Positions 1 to 7,246 of a stretch of DNA of 25,028 nt are shown one piece after another. The translations under genes and the position numbers were made by a program. The notes under the pieces are model-generated. The model made no database searches. It saw nothing but the letters and a program-made list of their open reading frames with translations, and was not told where the DNA came from. The stretch comes from a virus (taxonomy: Duplodnaviria > Caudoviricetes): the IMG/VR virus record IMGVR_UViG_3300003830_000036, positions 1-25,028 of that record; one strand, written 5' to 3'. Every line of letters begins with the position of its first letter. Positions within the stretch are counted from its first letter, which is position 1.

Positions 1-1172
1 CCGCCGGTCACGCCGCCATAGGCGCCACTGAACCAGAAGTAGTAGATGCCCTCATGCGCCGCCGCCATGATGCTTGAAGGCGTCAGGGCTTGCCAATCCT
101 CCCGGGCGAACAAGGCCGAGGTGATGACCTGCACACCGTTACCGCTGGCAAAGCAAATGCCATCGGGCGAGGCGTACAGCACGCCGCCTTCCATACTCAC
201 GATGGAACGCGCACTGAGGCAGGCTTGCGCATCGTCCAGCACCTGTTCCGACATCGAGGCCGAGTCCGAGCCGCTGATGATCGACGGGTTGGCCGCCGTT
301 CCGACAAACAGCGACTGACCAAACACACCCAGGCCCACAATCGGGTACTTGAGCGGGATTTGGTACTCAACCGGCCACGCATAAGGGTGATACGGATCAC
401 AGAACGCCACAAAGTTATCAATGAACCCAGCCATCACGCCATTGGGCATACCCACCAGGCCGCGCAAGTATGGGTCGTTGCCTTTGGCGGGAATGGGCTG
501 CAAGACGCTGCCCGATTGCATCCGGTACGGTGGCTCCAGCCAGGTCAGTGTCGGGCACACCTCTTTCAGCTCAGCGCCTTTTTTGCTGTCCGAGTAAGTG
601 GGCAACGCCATGCGGAAATAGTCGAACCCGCCATCAGCCAAAACCACCTTCACCGGGTCCGAGTCAGTCACAGCCAATGGCGGATCAATGTCGCTGCTGG
701 CATTGGCACTGCGGTAGATGCGCCAGCCCACCAGATTGCGCCCGGACGGGAATGGGGCAATGCCCACGGTCACGCTTGAATACTGATCCACGTCCAACAA
801 CTCGGTCGGTGGTGATGGTGCGGACTCTTCGCCCCAGTCGTTGACGTAGGTCACGATGTAAAAGCGCGGATCAATCACACGGTCCGCATCCACCTCAATC
901 AAGCCATCAGCGTTGCTGTCGGACTTGATGAGGCCACGCTCGTCCACAAAGTCCTTGACCCGGGCCAGAAGGGTATCGCGCCGTTTGATGTAGAGGTCTT
1001 CAATCTCCGTGGCCAGCTTGGCTGCTGCGGCCTTGGCGGAAGCGATGGCCGCGATCTTTCCAACAACCTCGTTGGCGATCTTGGTCTGGCCATCGGCGTA
1101 ATCTTTGGCTGCCTTGTTGTACACCACCATGGCGGCATCGTAGGCAACCCATGCTGCATTTCTGGTTGTCAT
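1..1172 (-). CDS. Podovirus tail tubular/nozzle-like protein, C-terminal part (runs off the window's left edge)
   Basis: Not in the ORF track because it is open-ended. ATG at 1172 overlaps the upstream TGA (TGATG) and has a GGAGG SD. Manual translation gives MTTRNAAW...YIVTYVNDWGEESAPSP...LRGLVGMPNGVMAGF...PYAWP...QACLSARSIVS...YASPDG, motifs I recall from podovirus tail proteins. It lies after the adaptor genes. Confidence 0.7.
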   Translation of the reverse strand, partial: MTTRNAAWVAYDAAMVVYNKAAKDYADGQTKIANEVVGKIAAIASAKAAAAKLATEIEDLYIKRRDTLLARVKDFVDERGLIKSDSNADGLIEVDADRVIDPRFYIVTYVNDWGEESAPSPPTELLDVDQYSSVTVGIAPFPSGRNLVGWRIYRSANASSDIDPPLAVTDSDPVKVVLADGGFDYFRMALPTYSDSKKGAELKEVCPTLTWLEPPYRMQSGSVLQPIPAKGNDPYLRGLVGMPNGVMAGFIDNFVAFCDPYHPYAWPVEYQIPLKYPIVGLGVFGQSLFVGTAANPSIISGSDSASMSEQVLDDAQACLSARSIVSMEGGVLYASPDGICFASGNGVQVITSALFAREDWQALTPSSIMAAAHEGIYYFWFSGAYGGVTG

Positions 1173-2197
1173 CAGTTGCCTCCTCCGAAATCGTAGTCGT
1201 ATTCAGGAACATTCGGCTTCACTGGCGCAACCGGCGCGGTCACGCTGGTTGGTGGCGACAACACGAAGTCAATCGCTGAATTGATGGCCTTCACCTGCGC
1301 ATCGAGCGCCGTGCGCAGTGTCTTGACGCTGGCATCATCTGGGTCAAAGTGCGCCACCAGCCCCGCCACGATGGCGGCAATTTGCGGGTCCGTGAACAAC
1401 TGCGAGCCGTCGCGCGGGTTCTCGATCAGCCGGATGGCCGTGGATAACGTCGCCGTTGCCGCCACCTTGCCCCAGTACGGCAAGCACAGCACAGGGATGG
1501 AGAGCGTCGATCCTGTAAGTTGCGGGCCAATGGTCGGATCATTCAGGCCTGCTGCTTTGGCCGTGTCCAGCGGAAGCACCCGTTCTGCCAGCCAGGGACT
1601 GGCCGCATTCTGGGTCATGCCGTACATCGAATAGGCACCCGCCACCGGCAGACCCCCACTCACGCGCGAGCTGATCTGGTTGCCAGCAAGGGTAGTCACC
1701 GGCAAACTGGCCAAAAAGGCCTCATGCAGAGCCGGGACCAGCGTTCCATCGGCCCATGCGGTCGCCTCGGTCGAGGTGAAGGACTCGCCCTCCACCAGGA
1801 CGGCAGTCGCATAGAAAGGCGACGGAACACCCATCAGCCTGTCGGCGCCAAGGGCATCAATCGCGCGCGGCTTTTGTGTGCCATCGTTGAAGGTCACGTA
1901 GGTGCGTTCAGTGCCGTCATCGTTGATCTGCCCCTTGACATAGCTCTTGTCGGCTGTTTCTGCAATCCATCCGGCCGTATCGAGCGTGCGCACAACCCCG
2001 GTTGAGTCCTTGGACAGGCGGTACAGCGTCTTGGCGCCAGCCTGGGCCGATCCCACCACGCTATCAGACTGCAAAGGCCGAAACTCAGTGGCCGTTGCCA
2101 GCAAGTTGCTGTTGATCTGGGCAGTTCCAGCTGGCAAGGCGCGTGCTGAAACTCTAGGAATCTCACCGCCAAAATTTGTGACGTCAATGAAGCTCAT
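1172..2197 (-). CDS. Tail tubular/nozzle-like protein, N-terminal part
   Basis: 341 aa. N-terminus IDVTNFGGEIPRVSARALP...AQ..N and the later INDD.TERTY segment resemble the start of the same family. Located in the tail module. Confidence 0.65.
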   Translation of the reverse strand: MSFIDVTNFGGEIPRVSARALPAGTAQINSNLLATATEFRPLQSDSVVGSAQAGAKTLYRLSKDSTGVVRTLDTAGWIAETADKSYVKGQINDDGTERTYVTFNDGTQKPRAIDALGADRLMGVPSPFYATAVLVEGESFTSTEATAWADGTLVPALHEAFLASLPVTTLAGNQISSRVSGGLPVAGAYSMYGMTQNAASPWLAERVLPLDTAKAAGLNDPTIGPQLTGSTLSIPVLCLPYWGKVAATATLSTAIRLIENPRDGSQLFTDPQIAAIVAGLVAHFDPDDASVKTLRTALDAQVKAINSAIDFVLSPPTSVTAPVAPVKPNVPEYDYDFGGGN

Positions 2198-2212
2198 TTT
2201 GAGCGAGCCCTT

Positions 2213-2818
2213 TTAAAACCACACTTTTGATGTGCGAATGGTGGACCTTGCAAACCCGGTTAACGCGTCAGCTTTGGCATCTGCAATAGCCCCATCCCAT
2301 AGCATTTTTGCAACGCCTGCACCATCCGGGTCGTGATAATCCTTGCCCTTGGAAAGCAGGATTCTGGATAACGCACCATGCCCAATGGCTTCCATGTACT
2401 GGCCCATGGCGTCAGGGACGGCTGTTGCGCTGATGGTTGGCATGACGGCCGCGTAAGTCACAACAGAAAGGCCAGCCTGTTGCGCTGGTCGCAATTCAAA
2501 CCCACTGAGAGTGCCATAGGCGTATGGGCTTGCATTGCCCGCGTTGTCAAGGTGCTTTCCGTGGGCTGGATCAACAACAGAGATGTCATTGCCCGAGAGT
2601 TTTAGACTTAGCAGCTTGCAAACTTGCTGGCCCTCTTCAACCTCGTACTCATAACTTGTGGCCAGTGCCTCGGTTGGAATGGGCTCTTGATATTCCCGCC
2701 AGATCAACGCCTTGCGACATAACTCAATGATGGCTAACCGCGTATTGAAGATGGCCAGAATGTCGGGGCAGCCCTTGGCGCGCGGCAAGATAAGTGGCAA
2801 AAAATCATTGAGCGTCAT
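2213..2818 (-). CDS. Putative head-tail adaptor protein
   Basis: 201 aa, ATGA-coupled to the upstream gene. Pattern 'DFLPLILP...GCP...AIIELC..ALIWRE ... EAIGHGALSRIL' and synteny. Confidence 0.65.
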   Translation of the reverse strand: MTLNDFLPLILPRAKGCPDILAIFNTRLAIIELCRKALIWREYQEPIPTEALATSYEYEVEEGQQVCKLLSLKLSGNDISVVDPAHGKHLDNAGNASPYAYGTLSGFELRPAQQAGLSVVTYAAVMPTISATAVPDAMGQYMEAIGHGALSRILLSKGKDYHDPDGAGVAKMLWDGAIADAKADALTGFARSTIRTSKVWF

Positions 2819-3615
2819 GATGCTGCGCCAATTGGCTCAGGCGCAAACGGCAAGCGCTGCAAGTTGGGGTTGTTGCCTGTGAGTGCCGTCACCTTGGCAT
2901 TAAGCGAGCCTGCAAATAAGCTTGTGTAGTTGGCGGCAGCCGGGCCATTGTTTGCGAACTGTGCGTCTTTCATGAAGGCGCGCGCGCAGGTATAGTTCAC
3001 CAGGTCGTCGATATGCTCGTCAGCAACACCAATCTTTGTTGTGCTAGAGCCATCAATCAGATAGAGCTCTGCGCCAACTGTGCCTGTGTTGGGGATGGCA
3101 ATAGGTTGTGCGGTGTAGGCTACCTCTGCCCACATTACAAGCGAAGCTGGCACACCGGGCGTCACATAAAAGTATCTTGGCATGCGTGGGTCATACATGT
3201 AACCGGCCACTGATTTTCCGGTTACGGTATGCCAATTTGGACTTTGTGTGTCCATTACTTCGCGGCCATCTGTAAACAGGCGAATGCTGTTGCCTGGTGT
3301 TGCGCCATCTGCGCCCATGTTGCGAATCACATCCAGCACTTGCGTACCAAGAATAGACGCTGCAGGCACCGAGCCATCGCCGGGCTTGCAGTTGGCCGCT
3401 TGAATGGTTTCAATGCTTTGGCGCGTGCCTGGAGACAGCTTGATCGCATCAATGCGCGAGCAGGCGGCAGGCAGGAATTTTGTGATGGCCAAGTGGGCGT
3501 CGTTGAGCCAGTTGACGATTTCCTTTTCTGGCCAGCGAGTGAACTGAGGGCTCACATCCTGCAACAGTGAGCTTATTCGCCAGATGGCGTCTTTGACCAG
3601 AATTGTGCCTGCCAT
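2815..3615 (-). CDS. DUF6682-like virion adaptor protein
   Basis: 266 aa with LLQD...RW...EIVNWLNDA, L.PGTRQ, PNWH, YMYDPR.P..FYV.P and RAFMKDA, a pattern recalled for this family. Lies downstream of the capsid genes. Confidence 0.65.
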   Translation of the reverse strand: MAGTILVKDAIWRISSLLQDVSPQFTRWPEKEIVNWLNDAHLAITKFLPAACSRIDAIKLSPGTRQSIETIQAANCKPGDGSVPAASILGTQVLDVIRNMGADGATPGNSIRLFTDGREVMDTQSPNWHTVTGKSVAGYMYDPRMPRYFYVTPGVPASLVMWAEVAYTAQPIAIPNTGTVGAELYLIDGSSTTKIGVADEHIDDLVNYTCARAFMKDAQFANNGPAAANYTSLFAGSLNAKVTALTGNNPNLQRLPFAPEPIGAAS

Positions 3616-3618
3616 GGC

Positions 3619-4050
3619 TTAACCCTCGGAGTTCAGAAATTCAACGATCTTGTCGCGAATGGTGTCGCCTTTTGCTTTGGAGTGAACCTTGATGCCGTTG
3701 GCCTCAGCGAAGGCGTGTAATTCAGCGTCTGACAACGGGCGCAAATCAAGCACCGTGTCGGCTTCTTCATCGCGCAAAATGTAGGGCGATTCACCTTCTG
3801 CGGGTGGCACTTGTTCCACTTTGCGTTGATCTATTGGAACTTGTTCCACCAGAATGGGGGCCATTGGCGCATCCACTTGCTCACCGTAGAGGCGAAAGCC
3901 GGTCGGAGTTTGCAGCAGCCGGTCAACCACGCCCTGCTCGGCAACATCACACACCACATCACCCTTTTCATTGGGCTCAAACACCAGCTTTACATCTGGG
4001 AACTGGTGCACATAGGTCTTTGTGCGTTTGTAGGCTTGAACGAATAACAT
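3619..4050 (-). CDS. Hypothetical virion-module protein with a small C-terminal helical (HeH/LEM-like) domain
   Basis: Start moved to ATG 4050 (AAGGAG SD upstream), 143 aa. C-terminus LSDAELHAFAEANGIKVHSKAKGDTIRDKI. Carries two copies of the 16-bp motif. Confidence 0.7.
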   Translation of the reverse strand: MLFVQAYKRTKTYVHQFPDVKLVFEPNEKGDVVCDVAEQGVVDRLLQTPTGFRLYGEQVDAPMAPILVEQVPIDQRKVEQVPPAEGESPYILRDEEADTVLDLRPLSDAELHAFAEANGIKVHSKAKGDTIRDKIVEFLNSEG

Positions 4051-4069
4051 GCAAATCTCCTTGTGTCTC

Positions 4070-4098
4070 AAAAAAGGGGTGATCTTGACGACCACCCC
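4070..4098 (-). terminator. Intrinsic terminator after the capsid and decoration genes
   Basis: Minus strand reads GGGGTGGTC-GTCAA-GATCACCCC-TTTTTT. Confidence 0.8.
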
Positions 4099-4118
4099 GA
4101 AAACTCACCTACGGAGAA

Positions 4119-4595
4119 TCAGCCCTGCAACAGCATCAGCAGTTGGCCGACCTTGCCGGAGCCCGCATAAGTTGCTGCAGCCGTGGTGCACTTCAGCACG
4201 ATTTCACGGTCGCCGGACAGGGTTGACGTCGCCTTCACTTGGCCTTGTGCTGCAACACTGGATGCGTTGCGCACGATGGCCGTGCTTTGGCCTGCCGTCA
4301 ATGCAGAGCCCCACACCTCAGTGCCGATGTCAGTAGAGACGGGCACAGCCAATGTGGCGTTGGACACGCCAAGGGACCATGCAATCGCAGCGGCACCGGT
4401 GTCAATGTCCGGAAACACCAGCGCCCAATCCAGGCACTTGTAGCCATCAGGCAGGGTGCACAACTGGATCAGGTCATTGGCCGCATAGGCAGCTGAGGAA
4501 AACTCCACATCCACAGCCGTCCACTCGGGATAGGCTTCAGTCGGGAGGACAAGGGGCTTCACATTGTTGAAGCATTTGGTTTGGGTCTTAGCCAT
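4119..4595 (-). CDS. Putative capsid decoration/cement protein
   Basis: 158 aa, beta-rich and Ala/Thr-rich, directly downstream of the major capsid gene, with an AAGGA SD. Confidence 0.6.
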   Translation of the reverse strand: MAKTQTKCFNNVKPLVLPTEAYPEWTAVDVEFSSAAYAANDLIQLCTLPDGYKCLDWALVFPDIDTGAAAIAWSLGVSNATLAVPVSTDIGTEVWGSALTAGQSTAIVRNASSVAAQGQVKATSTLSGDREIVLKCTTAAATYAGSGKVGQLLMLLQG

Positions 4596-4627
4596 GATGA
4601 ATTCCTTTGGGAGTTTGGAGGGTTAGG

Positions 4628-4651
4628 CAGACAGCCCCGAAGGGCCATCTG
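4628..4651 (-). other. UUCG-tetraloop hairpin 3' of the major capsid gene
   Basis: Minus strand CAGATGGCCC-TTCG-GGGCTGTCTG with no U tract, so more likely an mRNA-stabilising stem than a terminator. Confidence 0.6.
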
Positions 4652-4656
4652 GTCTA

Positions 4657-5781
4657 TCAGGCCACGTCGGCGCAGTAGGTGTCCAAGGCGATCACGCCGA
4701 AGTCACGGGTCACAGCGCCGTCTTTGCTCTTGTACGTGGATTTCTTCACGCCCATGATGCAATGTGTGCCGATTTCGACTTGATCCTCGTGGTCAGTCAT
4801 CACTTCGGTCCAGCGGTAGCGAGTGCCCATACCGCCGCTTGAGCCGTAGGCCAGTTCACCGGCTTGTGAGCCAAGGAACAGCGCGCGGGCGCCCTTGACA
4901 GCGCCGCCGCCCCAGGTGTTGAAACGCATCACGTTGCGGTGCTTGTGGATCACGCAATCGGCGTACATGCCGCCACTGTTCTTGAACAGCAAGGCATTGG
5001 AGCCGGAAGCAGCCGCAGCAGCCTTCTGGATGTCCAACCACTGGCCGGTGGAGGCATTGGCCTTCATCGCGTCGTACTGGAAGGTGTGGCACAGAACCAC
5101 ATAACACTTCTTGCCATCCACGTTCACCGGGACCATGCTCAACTCGTTGGAGCCGTCGCCGCCCATGGTTTCCGCCTTGGCCACCGCCCGGTCAATCAGG
5201 CGCAGGTCAAAGCCGTCATCAGTGCCAATGTCGCCTTGTGCCGTTGCGTTGCCGCCGAACATCTGGTGCATGGCATCAGGCGCGGTGATAGCGTTCACGT
5301 TGAACATGGCGTTCGTGGCGGTCCACAGGTAGCCAGTGCCGCCGTAGTTGCCAAATCCACCCGACAGGTAGATGAAGTGCAACTCGTCCTGCAGGCGCGC
5401 CCACCAGTCTTTCATGACGATCTTGGCATCTTCACGCAGGTTGCGCAGAGTTGCCTTGCTGGTCACGCGGTCACCCGCACCCACAGCACCACGCACCTGA
5501 TCGATGCGAAGCTTGTCGGTGAAATACTTCAGCGGTGCGCCACGGCCTTCGAGCTTGGCTTGCACCACGGGCTCCATGGACATGGGCATCAAGAGGTCAA
5601 CCGTGACTTCAAGGCCAGCGTCTTTTTCCAAGTCAGTGATGACCTGAATTGGCGTGCGAGCGCGTTTGCTCTCGGATGCCATGGAAGACGAAAAGTACGA
5701 CTCGCGGTTGATGGCAACAGCGAGGTCAGTACCCCATTTCTTTACTTCTTGCGGGTCATTGACCCCGAACTTGGTTTGCAT
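4657..5781 (-). CDS. Major capsid protein, N4-gp56 family (DUF4043-like)
   Basis: 374 aa. TKFGVNDPQEVKKW, DLEKDAG, LRIDQVR and RALFLGSQAG, ending RDFGVIALDT. AGGAG SD. Confidence 0.9.
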   Translation of the reverse strand: MQTKFGVNDPQEVKKWGTDLAVAINRESYFSSSMASESKRARTPIQVITDLEKDAGLEVTVDLLMPMSMEPVVQAKLEGRGAPLKYFTDKLRIDQVRGAVGAGDRVTSKATLRNLREDAKIVMKDWWARLQDELHFIYLSGGFGNYGGTGYLWTATNAMFNVNAITAPDAMHQMFGGNATAQGDIGTDDGFDLRLIDRAVAKAETMGGDGSNELSMVPVNVDGKKCYVVLCHTFQYDAMKANASTGQWLDIQKAAAAASGSNALLFKNSGGMYADCVIHKHRNVMRFNTWGGGAVKGARALFLGSQAGELAYGSSGGMGTRYRWTEVMTDHEDQVEIGTHCIMGVKKSTYKSKDGAVTRDFGVIALDTYCADVA

Positions 5782-5868
5782 ATAGTGCTCCTGGTTAGAT
5801 TTCCACAGGGCTGCACTACTGCGCGGCCAATTGACGAAATTAAGGCTTTCGTTACGCCTTTACCCTCA

Positions 5869-6060
5869 TCACCTCACGCCCAACTTCGCAAAATTCGCCA
5901 TGGCTGGCGTCATGCGATGCACGGTGGTCGGCTTGGTGAAGTCCAATCGAATCCGAGCGCGTTGCCCGGATTTCTCTTCAATTCGCAATTTGATGCCATC
6001 ACCGATGGCGATTGACTCGCCAGGGCGGATTTCACCAAACCACGTATTCTTTTCGGTCAC
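5869..6060 (-). CDS. CsrA/RsmA-like small protein (divergent)
   Basis: RPGESIAIGDGIKLRIEEKSGQRARIRLDFTKPTTVHR aligns by eye to the CsrA pattern R.GE...IGD.I.V.V....G.QVRIG..AP..V.VHR. GTG start at 6060 overlaps the scaffold stop (alternative start 6072). Confidence 0.6.
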   Translation of the reverse strand: MTEKNTWFGEIRPGESIAIGDGIKLRIEEKSGQRARIRLDFTKPTTVHRMTPAMANFAKLGVR

Positions 6061-6926
6061 TCTGCCATCCATCGGTCACGTTGATCGTTTGACAATGCTG
6101 CGTGCGCCTTCTCCAGTGCAAGGCCTTCAAGATTGCGCATGTGTGCAAACTCGTCGGCATTGACTGAACCAGTTGCTGCAACAGGTACGCTACGAAGTGT
6201 CGGGGGAATTTCAGCCGGGTCAACTCCATTGCGGGCAGTGGGTGCCACTTTTTTTGCAGCAGGCACAAAGCCCAAGTCGTCCTTGGTCAGCCGGTGCGCC
6301 TCGGCCAGAAACCACGGGGCATCCCGGTTCTCGTTCTTCGGGTCCGCACCCAAGGCTTTCAGATTGGTGTTGTACGCAGCCAGCAGGGCAGGCTTGGCTT
6401 TGTAGTCCAGTCCTTCGGCCTTGAATGCGTTGAATGCCTGCGCTTCGGACTTACTCCACTCGGCGCGTGCGCTCTGCTCTGCCGCTTGGGTGTTGGCCTG
6501 CTCAAAGATGCTGGCAGTCAGCGCCTTGGTCTTGAGCTCGTCTTTGGCCACTTCAGTGCGGTCTCGGATTTCTTGGTACGCATCAGCTTCGATCTCACCG
6601 GCCATCAGTTGCTTGAAGGCGGTGCGCTCTTCCGTGGTGAGTGCTGCAATCTGCTCTTTGGCATCGGCCGGCACCTCGGCGCTGTACTGCGGCACAAAGG
6701 TTTCGCGTGGCACTTGTTCCACTTCAACCTTGGGAGCAGCAGCGGCAGCGGCCTCTTGTTCGGCGGCTGCAGCGGCATGTGGATCACTGGCACTTGTTCC
6801 ACTGTCATCGGCTGGCACATCCAGCAAAGCGGCAATTTCGGACTTGGCAAGCATGCTCAGGTCCTGCTCGGTGTAGCCCTGTGCGTTGAGGGTGGCGAGG
6901 TCGGTTTCGTTGATGTCGAGTGTCAT
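6057..6926 (-). CDS. Capsid scaffolding protein
   Basis: 289 aa, acidic and Ala-rich helical, between portal and capsid. C-terminal PPTL..VP.A...DEFA....LEGL.LE.A motif. Confidence 0.75.
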   Translation of the reverse strand: MTLDINETDLATLNAQGYTEQDLSMLAKSEIAALLDVPADDSGTSASDPHAAAAAEQEAAAAAAPKVEVEQVPRETFVPQYSAEVPADAKEQIAALTTEERTAFKQLMAGEIEADAYQEIRDRTEVAKDELKTKALTASIFEQANTQAAEQSARAEWSKSEAQAFNAFKAEGLDYKAKPALLAAYNTNLKALGADPKNENRDAPWFLAEAHRLTKDDLGFVPAAKKVAPTARNGVDPAEIPPTLRSVPVAATGSVNADEFAHMRNLEGLALEKAHAALSNDQRDRWMAE

Positions 6927-6972
6927 GGTGGGTTCTCTCTTGGTGGTGATTAATTAAGGTCTGCGTTCAGTG

Positions 6973-7227
6973 TCATCGTGTCGATGCCATTCCCGGTGCT
7001 TGAATCAAGCGCCATTGCGACTTCAACTGCTTAAGCATGTGCAGCGCGTCACCAAATGTCAGCGCCTGCACAGGGCCTTCAATGTCGCGGTAGGCGGCTT
7101 CAAACTGAGCCTTGGGACTCCAGCTTGTGTAGCCATCCTCATACTTGACGCCATAGCCGGGTGCTCCATCTTTTCCGACTGCGGCCCAAGCTGTGATGAT
7201 TTTTGTTCCAATGTATTTGTGTGTCAT
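6973..7227 (-). CDS. Small phage protein with a YIGTK/SWSPK domain, ending in an apparently truncated DUF2829 (Tad2)-like start
   Basis: 84 aa: KYIGTKIITA...GYGVKYEDGYTSWSPKAQFEAAYR, then LTFGDALHMLKQ, then an unrelated tail. Confidence 0.6.
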   Translation of the reverse strand: MTHKYIGTKIITAWAAVGKDGAPGYGVKYEDGYTSWSPKAQFEAAYRDIEGPVQALTFGDALHMLKQLKSQWRLIQAPGMASTR

Positions 7228-7246
7228 GGTTCTCTTTCGTGGATGG

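Noticed and set aside
5847-5859. Operator-like GCGTAACG upstream of the capsid gene
   Set aside because: Only about 9/13 match to the CI consensus, a single site, and it is also explained by a local hairpin.
4939-6015. Long plus-strand ORF (358 aa) and similar shadow ORFs (90..779, 6294..6953, 17390..18169, 23879..24679)
   Set aside because: They are antisense to well-supported genes, have no recognisable motifs, and are typical of GC-rich DNA.
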